Shown one piece after another: positions 37,520 through 48,039 of a stretch of 64,000 bases of DNA (positions are counted from its first letter, which is position 1; each line of letters begins with the position of its first letter). This stretch comes from Chitinophagales bacterium (lineage in GTDB: Bacteria > Bacteroidota > Bacteroidia > Chitinophagales > UBA10324). Both the position numbers and the translations under genes were made by a program. The DNA lies in assembly GCA_019694975.1 (NCBI GenBank), contig JAIBAY010000007.1, forward strand, positions 1,283 through 65,282. The letters are read 5' to 3'. Below the pieces are notes generated by a model. That model made no database searches. It saw nothing but the letters and a program-made list of their open reading frames with translations, and had not been told where the DNA came from.

Positions 37520-39919
37520 ATGAAAACGAAAATAATTTTACTAACCATACTGCTTACAAGTTTGGTAACAGGGCTATCCGCGCAAGGCACCTGGATCCAA
37601 AAAGCAAACTTCGGCGGAACAGCAAGATACTATGCCATCGGATTCAGCATCGGCGATAAAGGCTACCTGGCAACAGGTATGAAGGATGATGGCATCTATC
37701 ATTTTTACAACGATCTGTGGGAATACAATCCTGCAACCAATGCCTGGGCGCAGAAAGCAGATGTTGGCGGCGCCATGCGCTGCATGGCCGTGGGTTTCAG
37801 TATTGCCGGCAAAGGATACATCGGAACAGGATGGAACGAAACCGCCGGTAACATGAATGACTTCTGGGAATACAGTCCCGAAAACAATATATGGATACAG
37901 AAATCTCCTTTCCCGGGAACCGCGCGCAGCTGTGCCATCGCTTTCAGTATCGGCAATAAAGGATATCTCGGTACCGGTTATGACGGAGGTTACCGGAATG
38001 ATTTATGGGAATATAATCCCTCTACTGATACATGGGCGGCAAAAGCATCGCTGCCGGCAGCAGGCAGAATGTCGGCTGTGGCATTCAGCATCGGCGAATA
38101 TGGTTATGTGACTACCGGCGCTGACTTTAGCTACGCTCAATACCTGAAAGATTGCTGGCAGTATAATCCTGCTACAGACAGCTGGCTGCAAAAAGCAGAC
38201 TTCGGCGGACAACAACGCTGGATTGCTGTCGGTTTTAAGATCGGCAATAAAGGATATGCTGGTACCGGAGCGCTTACTGCTTATATGAATGATTTCTGGG
38301 AATATGATCCGTCACTGAATACCTGGACACAAAAAACGGATGCGGGAAATGTTCAGCGGTGTGCTGCCGTTGGCTTTGGCATCGGCAACAAAGGTTACCT
38401 GGTTACCGGACTCGATTATGCATGGAACGAATACAATGACTGCTGGGAATATACCTTACCGGCCGACCCGACCTTTGACCTGCTGACCTTAACCGCAGGT
38501 GACGCCAATCTGAATGTTGATACGGTGGCAACCGGTATTGATCCTGCTTCCGCCATTACCGCTGTTTTCTCCACCGCCGTGGATGCCGCTTCCGCCAACA
38601 GTGAAAACATATGGCTGATCCGCAGCTATGACGGAAATACCGCTGCCTGCTCCATCCATGTTTCCGGCAATACCATCACTATTGATCCGCCGCATCTGCT
38701 GGCTTATGGAACCGGTTATCAGCTGCATTTTGAAACCGGGCTTACCGGCACTAATGGTACGCATTCGCCCCTCATCAACCGTTATTTTACAACTGCCGGA
38801 ACATTCGTGCCTGCCGGTGAAGTGGCTTACTGGAATTTCGAAAACAACACCGTGGAGCAGATAAGCGGCATGATGGCTTCAGCAGAGATTGACTTGCAGT
38901 ATGCCACCTCTTACAATCCTGAGGAAGGTACAGCGGCAAGCTTCAACGGCAATACCTCCATCGTGGAATTTCCCGCCACCGACACACTCATGAACTCCCA
39001 TGACTTTGCCATTTCATTTTGGGTGAATGCATCATCTGCCAATCATGAAGGGCGTAATCACTGGATCTTCGGGCTTGGCGCATACCATGGCTTCGATTTT
39101 GAAATCGCTGCACAGTTTAACTGGTGCAAGCTTGCTGCCAGCTATGAATTGGCAGACGGCACTACAGCGTCTGAAGACCTCTATTTCGCTGCAGATGGAA
39201 AAACCAAAGATAATGGCGGCTGGCAGGGCTGGATTTATTGCAAAGACCTCACCGCCAGCGGCGGCCTGGCATCGTTGCTGAAGGATAAATGGGCGCATAT
39301 TACCTGCGTCTATAACAGCCTGACAAAAGTAGGGTGCATGTTTATCAACGGTGAACTGATGTTTGCGCAGGACTTTGATCTCTGGCCTATAGCTGATCCC
39401 AAATCAACAACAGTAGGTTTGAAGTACGGCGGCCTGTTGCCTGACGTAACCAATGAATTCGCCCTTGGCTTCAATCAGTCAAGAGCCGGCACACTGTGGG
39501 ATGATGAAACGTGGGGAGGATATGATTTCAGCACAGCCTATCACTTTGAAGGATTGCTCGAAAATTTGCATATTTTTCATGAAGTGCTGACGGAGGCAGA
39601 TGTGGTCTTACTATATGATGCGGAAGGAGAAGTGATCAGTAACAGCCCTATGCTGCATAATGTCACCGGAGGCTTTATGGTATATCCTAACCCCTGCCAG
39701 TCAACGGCTACGGTCGATTTTACAGCAGCGTCAGCCGGTGCCCTGCAGATCATTTTATATGACGCCGCAGGAAAACAACTGAAAACATTGCTGCAGGAAA
39801 ATGTTTCGCAGGGACATCATGCAATCACTATAAACGTTGCTGATCTCACACCCGGCATTTACCTCCTGAAGGCATGGTTAAACAATGTGGTGATGATGAA
39901 AAAAATTGCTGTGGAATAG
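37520..39919 (+). CDS. secreted Kelch-like-repeat, Ig-like and LamG/concanavalin-like protein with T9SS sorting domain
   Basis: Signal peptide MKTKIILLTILLTSLVTGLSAQG. About 6 repeats of (A/C)(I/V)(G/A)FSIG.KGY(L/I/A).TG......NDLWEY(N/D)P..(N/D)(T/A/S)W.QKA. A LamG-like FNGNTSIVEFP...ISFWVNA follows, and the tail reads VYPNPCQSTATVDF. Confidence 0.85.
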   Translation: MKTKIILLTILLTSLVTGLSAQGTWIQKANFGGTARYYAIGFSIGDKGYLATGMKDDGIYHFYNDLWEYNPATNAWAQKADVGGAMRCMAVGFSIAGKGYIGTGWNETAGNMNDFWEYSPENNIWIQKSPFPGTARSCAIAFSIGNKGYLGTGYDGGYRNDLWEYNPSTDTWAAKASLPAAGRMSAVAFSIGEYGYVTTGADFSYAQYLKDCWQYNPATDSWLQKADFGGQQRWIAVGFKIGNKGYAGTGALTAYMNDFWEYDPSLNTWTQKTDAGNVQRCAAVGFGIGNKGYLVTGLDYAWNEYNDCWEYTLPADPTFDLLTLTAGDANLNVDTVATGIDPASAITAVFSTAVDAASANSENIWLIRSYDGNTAACSIHVSGNTITIDPPHLLAYGTGYQLHFETGLTGTNGTHSPLINRYFTTAGTFVPAGEVAYWNFENNTVEQISGMMASAEIDLQYATSYNPEEGTAASFNGNTSIVEFPATDTLMNSHDFAISFWVNASSANHEGRNHWIFGLGAYHGFDFEIAAQFNWCKLAASYELADGTTASEDLYFAADGKTKDNGGWQGWIYCKDLTASGGLASLLKDKWAHITCVYNSLTKVGCMFINGELMFAQDFDLWPIADPKSTTVGLKYGGLLPDVTNEFALGFNQSRAGTLWDDETWGGYDFSTAYHFEGLLENLHIFHEVLTEADVVLLYDAEGEVISNSPMLHNVTGGFMVYPNPCQSTATVDFTAASAGALQIILYDAAGKQLKTLLQENVSQGHHAITINVADLTPGIYLLKAWLNNVVMMKKIAVE

Positions 39920-40021
39920 CTTAACAGCTGCGGAAAAACAGTCATCGCATCTTTCAGCATGCTAACAAAGCATATCTCCGCAGCGTGAAAGTAATCCTGA
40001 ACCTGTTGGAGGATATTGTAT

Positions 40022-40051
40022 GTCCGGATACAAATGCATCCGGACTTTTTT
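40022..40051 (+). terminator. rho-independent terminator
   Basis: GTCCGGAT-ACAAATGC-ATCCGGAC followed by TTTTTT, about 100 nt after the 39919 stop. Confidence 0.7.
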
Positions 40052-40291
40052 AGTCATCACTATTCAGTGCGATTTGCCCCTTCTCTGTTTTAAGCTGAGA
40101 TATTAGCTGCCGCTCATGAGCTGAATGCCAGTTCATATAACCACATTTCCGGTCATTGAAACATGCGACGTTAACAATAGCTGTCTTTTGTCAGCGAAAA
40201 TCATAACTTCATTGCTTCACCGCCCGCAGCAGCATGGTACACGGTAATACAAAGGTTGATTAATCCTGCACCCTGCTTCCTGTAATAACAC

Positions 40292-43200
40292 ATGACCGAC
40301 TCACCTTCATCCACAGGAATGAAACAGCCACTCGATGAACTGATCAAAATGCTTCAGCAGGCAAACCCTTTGTCAGCCGGTGAGCGTGCCTTATTGGAGG
40401 ATACACTGAAGCAACAACAGCGGGAACTCGACATCGAAGCATCACTGGAAAAGGTCCGCGCCATTGCCTTAGGTATGAATCAACCTGCAGACATGCTCGA
40501 AATCTGCAAGACCATCAGTAAGGAACTGACAACCCTGGGCGTGAAAGCAATACGCAATGTGCAAACGGCGATTTTTCATGAAGAGAAAGAAATCTACCTC
40601 AACTTCGAATATTACTCAAAGCACGACAAGACTGTTTTTACAGAAACGGAATACCGGAATCATCCGCTGCACAATGAATTCGCCCAACAGATGCTGAAAG
40701 GCGCCGGTGAAGTATTCATTCGCACCATCAGCAAAAAAGAGTTGCCGGATTGGATTACATATCAGAAAACAACCAATGTATTCATTGATTCATTTCTCGA
40801 ATCGGCATCTTCACTCACCTATTACTGGCATTCTCTTGGTCCGGTTGCGCTGGGCATGTCAACGTATGAGCTGTTGCATGAGGAAGAGATTGCATTGTTC
40901 AGACGATTCAGGAACGTCTTTGAACTTTCTTATCGGCGCTATCTTGATATAGAGAAGGCCGAAACACAGGCACGTGAAGCGCAGATTGAAACATCCCTCG
41001 AACGCGTGCGCGCCGTTGCACTGGGTATGCGAACACCCGATGATCTGCTGAATATCTGCGAAACACTCTTTCATGAGTTGCTTGCACTCGGTTTTTCGGG
41101 GATGCGTAATGCCATGATCAACATACACAATGATGAGAAGAAATCATTCATCAACTATGATTTTTCTGATGAGATAGGAAGAAGCACGAATCACCTGACA
41201 TACACGATTCATCCGCTCGTTGAAAAGCAAATCAAAAAAATCCGCAGTGCGAATGATGCATTTTCAGAAACGTATTTCACCGGAAAAGATTTAGAGGAGT
41301 GGAAGAAATTCAGAAAGCTCATTGGAGAAAAAGATGATCCGCGGTTGAATCAAAACTCAGGACTCTATTACTATTTCTATTCAATCGGCATCGGTTCAAT
41401 CGGCATTTCCACATTCGGTGCCATCAGCGACGAAAAGATAGCCATGCTGAAACGGTTCAGAAACGTGTTTCATCTGTCGTATCAGCGATACACTGATATC
41501 GCAAAAGCGGAAGCGCAAGCCAAAGAAGCACGGCTCGAAGCATCACTCGAGAAAGTGCGGGCGCAGTCCATGGCTATGCATACGACAGCGGAACTGAAAA
41601 CTGTAGGCGAAACAATCTACCATGAACTGAGATCACTCGGCTTCGCTGATATCCGCAACACGGAGATCATCATTAATAAAGATGAGCAGGAAGCCATAGT
41701 TAGCTACTACTGCGACTACGGAGTTTGCGGCACGATCGAGATTGGATACAAAGCAAATCCCATTCTGCAACAATGGGCAAATGATCTGAAGAAAGCAAGC
41801 GATGCCTTTGTTCCCGTAGTCATCTCAGAAAAAGAAATGCCCGGCTGGAGAAAATTCAGAGAGGAAATCGGTTACCTGCCGGATGAAAAACTCAATGCCG
41901 CTGCTTCGGTTTATTACTACTCCTGGTCAACAGGGCTTGGTGCGCTGAGTGTTTCATCCTTTGCTCCGGTCAGCGAAGAGCAAATGAAAATGCTGGCTCG
42001 CTTCCGGAATGTGTTTGCACTCGCGTATCGAAGGTATGTGGATGTGGCGCTTGCAGAAACGCAGGCGCGTGAAGCGCAGATCGAACTCGCACTGGAGAGA
42101 GTTCGTGCAAGAACGATGGCCATGCAAAGAAGCGACGAACTGAGGGAGGTCATTCAGACTGTATACGAACAACTAGTTCATCTGTCTGTTGATACTGACC
42201 ATACAGGATTTATTCTGGATTACAAGGAAAGAGATGATTTCCATAGCTGGATAGCAGATCAGTTCGGAACTCCGTCAGAGGTAACGATTCCATATTTTGA
42301 TTGCATCTATTACAATCGTTTTAAAGAAGCAAAAGAAAAGGGAACAGATTTTTTTGCCACCACCCTTAACCTCGAAGAAAAAAACAGTTTTTACAGAGAG
42401 CTGTTTAAACATGTTCCCGGTTTTCCGGAGGAATCAAAAAAAATCATTTTCAGCCATCCGGGTTTTTCCATTTCCACTGTGTTACTGCAGGATGTTGCCC
42501 TGTATATCGAGAACTTTACCGGCATTCCCTATTCAGAGGACGATAATGACATCTTGAAGCGATTCGGAAAAGTTTTCCAGCAGACCTACACCCGTTTCCT
42601 CGACTTGCGAAAAGCAGAAGCACAGGCGCGCGAATCACAGATTGAATTAGCGCTTGAACGCGTCCGCGCAAGAACGATGGCCATGCAGCGCAGCGATGAG
42701 CTTATAGCAACCACTGCTGTTCTCTTTGAACAATTCAGGCAGCTGGGAGAAAACGTGGAACAGATATCAATCGGAATATTCGGCGAAGAAGAAAACACCA
42801 TCGAAGTATCAGCTACATATCATGCCAGTCCGTTGAAGCGGATTTTTAAAGCACATATCAATGACTGGCCGCTGTTTGAACAGATTTACACGTTATGGAA
42901 ATCAGGCGCAAAATCAGGAAGTGTGGAGTTAAAAGGAAAGGAGTTGCATGACTACAACCGTTATCGCAGTGAACTTTCCGGTACGCAGTTCGGCAACGAA
43001 AATGAATCACCTGATGATCGCTGGATCATCAACATAGCGAGCTTCTCAAAAGGCATCATCTCTTTTTCAAAAGATGAACCTGCGGAGGAAGAAACCATTC
43101 AATTACTGGAGCGCTTCGCCAAAGTTTTCGATCTAACCTACACCCGTTTCCTCGATCTGCAAAAAGCAGAGGCGCAGGCGCATGAGGCGCAGATTGAGGC

Positions 43201-44413
43201 ATCGCTGGAAAGAGTGAGAGCCAGCGCCATGGCCATGCATAACAGCGACGACCTCACCGGAGCGGCCGGCACTGTTTTTACAGAACTGAACAAGCTGGGC
43301 ATCCATACCATCCGGAGCGGATTTGTGTTGCTTACCAGGGAATCGCGCAGGGCGAAACTGTATCCTGCAACATCATTCGATAAAGCCATCACACTTTCTT
43401 TCACCGGCGAATTTGATTTTATCGGTCACCCGGTTTTTGAACAGCAATATGAAAGCTGGCTGAAGCAGGAGAACTATTTTCCGGTGCTCGAGGGAGAGAC
43501 GCTCGTTTCATATTACCGGATGCTTTCCGAAGCGCTGGCTGTTTCTTTTGATCAGTACCTGAAGACTGACAAGCAGTTCGGCAGTTTCCTTCCGTTCACA
43601 GACGGCTTCCTGTTTACGTGGGGTACGGTGCCGGCGTCCACAGCGGAAACCGCTATTCTCACTCGTTTCAAAACCATTCTTGACCTCACGATCCGGCGCT
43701 ATGCCGATCTGAAAAAGGCGGAAGCGCTGGTGGCGCAGTCGTTGATTGAAGAACGGAAGCTGCGCGAAGAGAAAGAGCGCGCCGACAAATTACTGCTGAA
43801 TATTCTCCCTGCAGAAATTGCGGAAGAACTAAAGCAGTTTGGAAAGTCCTATGCGCGTAAGCACGATGAAGTCACAATTCTCTTCGCCGACATCAAAGGA
43901 TTTTCTTCCATTGCCGAAACACTCTCCGCGCAGGAACTCGTCACGCAGCTTGATGAATGTTTCCGCGCCTTCGATCATATAGTTGACAAGCACGGCCTGG
44001 AAAAAATAAAAACGGTCGGTGATGCTTACGTCTGCGCCTGCGGTCTCCCGAATCCTGTAGCAGATCACGCCACAAAAACCATCCGCGCTGCACTTGACAT
44101 GATGAACTTCATCAGAGGATTTTCCATCACGCGCACTATACAGGATCTGCCGGCATTTGATTTCCGTATCGGCATTCACACCGGGCCTGTTGTTACGGGA
44201 GTAGTCGGTTTGAAAAAATTCACCTACGACATCTGGGGCGATGCCGTCAACATGGCCGCCCGCATGGAACAACATGGCGAAGCCGGAAAAATAAATATCT
44301 CGGAAAGCACGCATACGCTTGTGAAAGACAAATTCAAATGCACCGCGCGCGGCAAAATCCCGGCGAAGAACAAAGGGGAGGTGGAGATGTATTTTGTGGA
44401 AGATCTCCGTTAA
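40292..44413 (+). CDS. class III adenylate/guanylate cyclase preceded by six tandem ~185-aa sensor-like modules
   Basis: The C-terminal catalytic domain reads VTILFADIKGFSSIAE...KIKTVGDAYVCACGLP...RIGIHTGPVVTGVVG...YDIWGDAVNMAARMEQHG. Upstream there are six repeats, each bracketed by RF..VF.L.Y.R(Y/F).D..KAE(A/T)QA.EA(Q/R)(I/L)E..LE(R/K)VRA...(A/G)M. Confidence 0.88.
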   Translation: MTDSPSSTGMKQPLDELIKMLQQANPLSAGERALLEDTLKQQQRELDIEASLEKVRAIALGMNQPADMLEICKTISKELTTLGVKAIRNVQTAIFHEEKEIYLNFEYYSKHDKTVFTETEYRNHPLHNEFAQQMLKGAGEVFIRTISKKELPDWITYQKTTNVFIDSFLESASSLTYYWHSLGPVALGMSTYELLHEEEIALFRRFRNVFELSYRRYLDIEKAETQAREAQIETSLERVRAVALGMRTPDDLLNICETLFHELLALGFSGMRNAMINIHNDEKKSFINYDFSDEIGRSTNHLTYTIHPLVEKQIKKIRSANDAFSETYFTGKDLEEWKKFRKLIGEKDDPRLNQNSGLYYYFYSIGIGSIGISTFGAISDEKIAMLKRFRNVFHLSYQRYTDIAKAEAQAKEARLEASLEKVRAQSMAMHTTAELKTVGETIYHELRSLGFADIRNTEIIINKDEQEAIVSYYCDYGVCGTIEIGYKANPILQQWANDLKKASDAFVPVVISEKEMPGWRKFREEIGYLPDEKLNAAASVYYYSWSTGLGALSVSSFAPVSEEQMKMLARFRNVFALAYRRYVDVALAETQAREAQIELALERVRARTMAMQRSDELREVIQTVYEQLVHLSVDTDHTGFILDYKERDDFHSWIADQFGTPSEVTIPYFDCIYYNRFKEAKEKGTDFFATTLNLEEKNSFYRELFKHVPGFPEESKKIIFSHPGFSISTVLLQDVALYIENFTGIPYSEDDNDILKRFGKVFQQTYTRFLDLRKAEAQARESQIELALERVRARTMAMQRSDELIATTAVLFEQFRQLGENVEQISIGIFGEEENTIEVSATYHASPLKRIFKAHINDWPLFEQIYTLWKSGAKSGSVELKGKELHDYNRYRSELSGTQFGNENESPDDRWIINIASFSKGIISFSKDEPAEEETIQLLERFAKVFDLTYTRFLDLQKAEAQAHEAQIEASLERVRASAMAMHNSDDLTGAAGTVFTELNKLGIHTIRSGFVLLTRESRRAKLYPATSFDKAITLSFTGEFDFIGHPVFEQQYESWLKQENYFPVLEGETLVSYYRMLSEALAVSFDQYLKTDKQFGSFLPFTDGFLFTWGTVPASTAETAILTRFKTILDLTIRRYADLKKAEALVAQSLIEERKLREEKERADKLLLNILPAEIAEELKQFGKSYARKHDEVTILFADIKGFSSIAETLSAQELVTQLDECFRAFDHIVDKHGLEKIKTVGDAYVCACGLPNPVADHATKTIRAALDMMNFIRGFSITRTIQDLPAFDFRIGIHTGPVVTGVVGLKKFTYDIWGDAVNMAARMEQHGEAGKINISESTHTLVKDKFKCTARGKIPAKNKGEVEMYFVEDLR

Positions 44414-44569
44414 ACATACGCTCGTCATTCCAAGAATTCTCTCTGTTGCCGGTCTTCGCAAAACCTCATGAGTCATACAAACCAGCCACCCGTTAAGGGG
44501 TAAATAAAAAAGATGCAGGAGTGCACAGATTCCCGCGCATGAGGTTTGATACGTCTGCTCGCTCATTTG

Positions 44570-44830
44570 TTACCGCGACACGAAAAGTTGTCTTGTTGCT
44601 GCAGGTTGACCATCAATGAACAGCACGCATTGACAGATACCGGCGGCAAGCATGCGCGTCGGGATTTCCACGCGACCACTGCGAAGGCTGATTGGAAATA
44701 CATAAATCGCAACACCAAGAGCATCCCACAATTGAAGCTCAGCAGCACCGGCATTAACCGGTAATTCATAATGGATTGATGCGCTGTGTGAAGCCGGGTT
44801 AGGGATGCATTCACTGAGATATACTTTGGC
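44570..44830 (-). pseudogene. orphan T9SS C-terminal sorting domain remnant
   Basis: A minus-strand frame reads ...KVYLSECIPNPASHSASIHYELPVNAGAAELQLWDALGVAIYVFPISLRSGRVEIPTRMLAAGICQCVLFIDGQPAATRQLFVSR*. An in-frame stop lies just upstream, with no start codon or cargo domain. Confidence 0.55.
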
Positions 44831-45426
44831 GTTTGGGTCGGAAAAACTTCAGGTTTCTTCGTTCATGGATGGTGAAAGGCCTGCAGGAGCAAGCCTGGCT
44901 TCAATCGACGCCAGTCTTTGAAGCAGACCCGCGGCGCGCTCTCATGAGGTACCACTCTTTGGGCCTGCCTGAAAGAGAAGCTACCATGCCAGCAATATGC
45001 TTGGCGTAAATCAAACCTTATTACGAGCCATCCGTTTTAACCTGAGTATTCTATAACCTCGATATAACAGTACTCCTGCCGCTGCATCGCTGGAAATTAT
45101 TTCATCATTACCAGGATACCGCCGGCGTATATCCTCAACTTATTACCACATCATTACTTTCCGCTTGGTGGCCATGAAAAAATAACTTTAAAAACTGTTT
45201 TAAATCATTTTTTCCAAACCGGTGGTACAGGAACTTTACCTGCTCAATCAATGAATATGATTGACGGAAGCAATCTCCAACCGGTCGCTCAGCATATTAA
45301 GAATATATCCTGTGTTGTATCACCACTTACATCGGTGCTATCTGCTAAAAAATTAATGATGACTTCGGTGACCGGAAGGCTCCTTCCGCGGATGAATAAG
45401 TTTTTCTCACCTAAAAATCTCCGCTT

Positions 45427-47793
45427 ATGAAAAAGTTTCTATGGTTACTTATCGTCGCAATGCTGGCAACAGTGAATTTGCTTTTTGCAGAAACTGAACC
45501 TAACGATACAAAGTCACAGGCCAGCAAGATAAACCTCAACAGCAGTGCTACCGGCGCTATCAATCCAGCTGCAGATGGTGATTGGTGGAAGGTTGCCACC
45601 AATAAGGATGGTATACTCAGCCTTTCACTTACTTCCATTTCGGGTACTTACATCTGGGTATCGCTCTACGATAATGACGGCACCTCGCTGCTTACACAGG
45701 CATATTCTTATACCGTTGCCACCATCTCCATGGATGGCCTCTCACCGGGTACTTACTACGTTTACATTCATTGCTTCTACAATACGGACGTTTGTGACTA
45801 TTCGCTGTCCAATGCACTCACCCTTGCACCGCTCAGCAATGATCCGGAACCGAACGGCACATTCGCGCAGGCCATTCCCTTGTCCGTAAATGCAACCGTT
45901 ACAGGGCATATTGGCTATTACTTCAATCATGTAAGGGATACATCCGACTGGTACCAGGTCACCACCGCAGCAGACGGCAGGCTGACGCTTGCATTATCTG
46001 TATCCAACGGACAATATGTTTACTGGCAGTTATTTGATGGTAATGGAACTACTTACCTCAATGGTGCATATACCAGCACTTCCGGCGCGTACAGTACCGA
46101 CGGGCTGGCTGCTGGTAACTATTATGTGCGCATAATCTGCTTTTACAGCAGCTCATTCGCGCCATATACACTCACCGACAGCCTGTTCCTTCCCGCACAA
46201 CAACCGGATACCGAACCCAATGGCACGATAGGACAGGCCATAGGTTTTCCTCTCAACAGCACCCTGTCAGGCCATATCGGTTATTACCATAATACCGTCC
46301 GTGATACAGTTGACTGGTATAAGATCGTAACCAACGAGGATGGCATGATTACCCTTTCACTAAATATATATAATAGTCAATATGTTTGGTGGCAGTTGTT
46401 TGACACAGATGGCATCACCTTGTTAGCCAGCACCTTTACCAGTTCCAGCGGCGTCATTTCCAAGGATGGATTGGCAGCAGGAACGTACTATGCCAGAATC
46501 ATCTGCTATTACAATTCCGGCTTTGCACCCTACACGCTGAGCAATGGTTTATCGTTGTACCAGTATGCTGATGACGGGCTTTTTAATGAACATGCCCTGA
46601 ATGCCTCCACCTTACCGGCGAACTATGGTACAAGCGGACATGTTGGATTCAGGTCTAACGGAGGCGCGAAAGATCTCATCGACTGGTGGAAAATAAATTA
46701 CACCGGCAATGGCAATGCTACCATTACATTGAACTTCGAAAAAAGGTTAGATGCCGGTTATAGTCCATATACGTACATGCAGGTGTACAAGGATACGCTT
46801 ACCAGCCCGGTCTTCAGTAGCTACAACAGTTCCGGCACGGTTACTGCCAACTTAAGTAGTTTATCACAAGGAACTTACTACATCGCCGTATTCCTCTATT
46901 ACAATACGGAATGGGTTTCCTATCAGCTTACGCCGGCCTGGACGCAAACGAACTGTGTTACTGCGGTAACAGCCACCAAGGTACATTCAGGATCAACGTG
47001 TACCAACAGCTATATCACCTTCCAGGCAACAGGCGGATCAGGCCAGTTGTACCTGCAACTCTACCATTACGGCGAAGCAGTGGGAACACCTGTTGCAGCC
47101 GATGCCACCGGCTCTCATAAGTTTAATCAGCTTGAACCGGGCAGCTATACGTGCAGGGGATTTTCCGATGGTGCCACCGGCGATTGCTATGCAACAAGCG
47201 CCGTGAAGAAAGTGGTGCCGGTGGTTACCGGCTTGTCGGCAACCGACATTGGTAAAAAGAGTGTTGATCTCAGCTGGACCACTTTCAGCTGTGTTGATTA
47301 CTACCTGTTGCGCTACCGCGAAGCGGGCACCAGTAAATGGACGAAAAAAACCACGGATGGCAACGTGGGCACCTTCCATGTAACACAACTCACGCCCGGC
47401 ACTAACTATGAGTTCCGTGTAGCAGCGAATGATTCTGCCAACGGGCAAACAGCTAAAGGCGCCTATTCGGATTTCGGTTATTTTACCACGCTGTCATCAA
47501 CAGGAAAATCCACGGACCTGTTACAGGGTGATCAGGAGTTGTTGAGTATCTATCCTAATCCTGTTACCTCCGTTTTGGAAATCACATTCGTGAATGAGAC
47601 AGACGGTAATATTCTCCTGCGCCTGACCGATGTTAACGGGAAGGTTGTATTTTCCAACCGGCAAAATCTTGCAGCCGGCACGGTTCATCAGTCAGTTGAT
47701 CTTACCCGCTTTCAAAGCGGAATGTATCAGTTACAGATCATCACGGCAGGTGGCCGCGTCATGCATCAATCAATCGTGAAAGTAAATGAATGA
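45427..47793 (+). CDS. secreted PPC-repeat, FN3 and T9SS sorting domain protein (paralogue of 4047..6785)
   Basis: MKKFLWLLIVAMLATVNLLFAETEPNDTKSQASKI is near-identical in pattern to the mature N-terminus ETEPNDTKSKANKL of the other copy. It has the same repeat module, an FN3 (LSATDIGKKSVDLSWT...YLLRYREAG) and the tail IYPNPVTSVLEITF. Confidence 0.88.
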   Translation: MKKFLWLLIVAMLATVNLLFAETEPNDTKSQASKINLNSSATGAINPAADGDWWKVATNKDGILSLSLTSISGTYIWVSLYDNDGTSLLTQAYSYTVATISMDGLSPGTYYVYIHCFYNTDVCDYSLSNALTLAPLSNDPEPNGTFAQAIPLSVNATVTGHIGYYFNHVRDTSDWYQVTTAADGRLTLALSVSNGQYVYWQLFDGNGTTYLNGAYTSTSGAYSTDGLAAGNYYVRIICFYSSSFAPYTLTDSLFLPAQQPDTEPNGTIGQAIGFPLNSTLSGHIGYYHNTVRDTVDWYKIVTNEDGMITLSLNIYNSQYVWWQLFDTDGITLLASTFTSSSGVISKDGLAAGTYYARIICYYNSGFAPYTLSNGLSLYQYADDGLFNEHALNASTLPANYGTSGHVGFRSNGGAKDLIDWWKINYTGNGNATITLNFEKRLDAGYSPYTYMQVYKDTLTSPVFSSYNSSGTVTANLSSLSQGTYYIAVFLYYNTEWVSYQLTPAWTQTNCVTAVTATKVHSGSTCTNSYITFQATGGSGQLYLQLYHYGEAVGTPVAADATGSHKFNQLEPGSYTCRGFSDGATGDCYATSAVKKVVPVVTGLSATDIGKKSVDLSWTTFSCVDYYLLRYREAGTSKWTKKTTDGNVGTFHVTQLTPGTNYEFRVAANDSANGQTAKGAYSDFGYFTTLSSTGKSTDLLQGDQELLSIYPNPVTSVLEITFVNETDGNILLRLTDVNGKVVFSNRQNLAAGTVHQSVDLTRFQSGMYQLQIITAGGRVMHQSIVKVNE

Positions 47794-47818
47794 AAGATGA
47801 ATTGACACTTTAGTCACC

Positions 47819-47847
47819 GCAGCCTCCGTACATAATACGGGGGCTGC
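47819..47847 (+). terminator. stem-loop downstream of 45427..47793 (terminator-like, no U-tract)
   Basis: GCAGCCTCCGTA-CATAA-TACGGGGGCTGC, a 12-bp stem with one G-U pair, 26 nt after the stop. Confidence 0.4.
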
Positions 47848-48039
47848 ATCGTATCACCTGCTGAAAAGCCGCGCCGGCTATTGCAATATAATGGCTCTTG
47901 GTTTTCAGGGTGATACAGCTTTTGGGTAGAATCATCCATAAACTGATATATCTCACACCTTTACCTTTCCAAAATCATTGTTTCTTTTATCAGCCAACCC
48001 GAATTTTGGTTCCTCACTTTGAACACAAAATTTCCAGTC

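Noticed and set aside
43829-44566. A 245-aa minus-strand ORF.
   Set aside because: It is antisense to the catalytic domain of the 40292..44413 cyclase, has no recognisable motifs, and only its first ~50 codons lie outside that gene.
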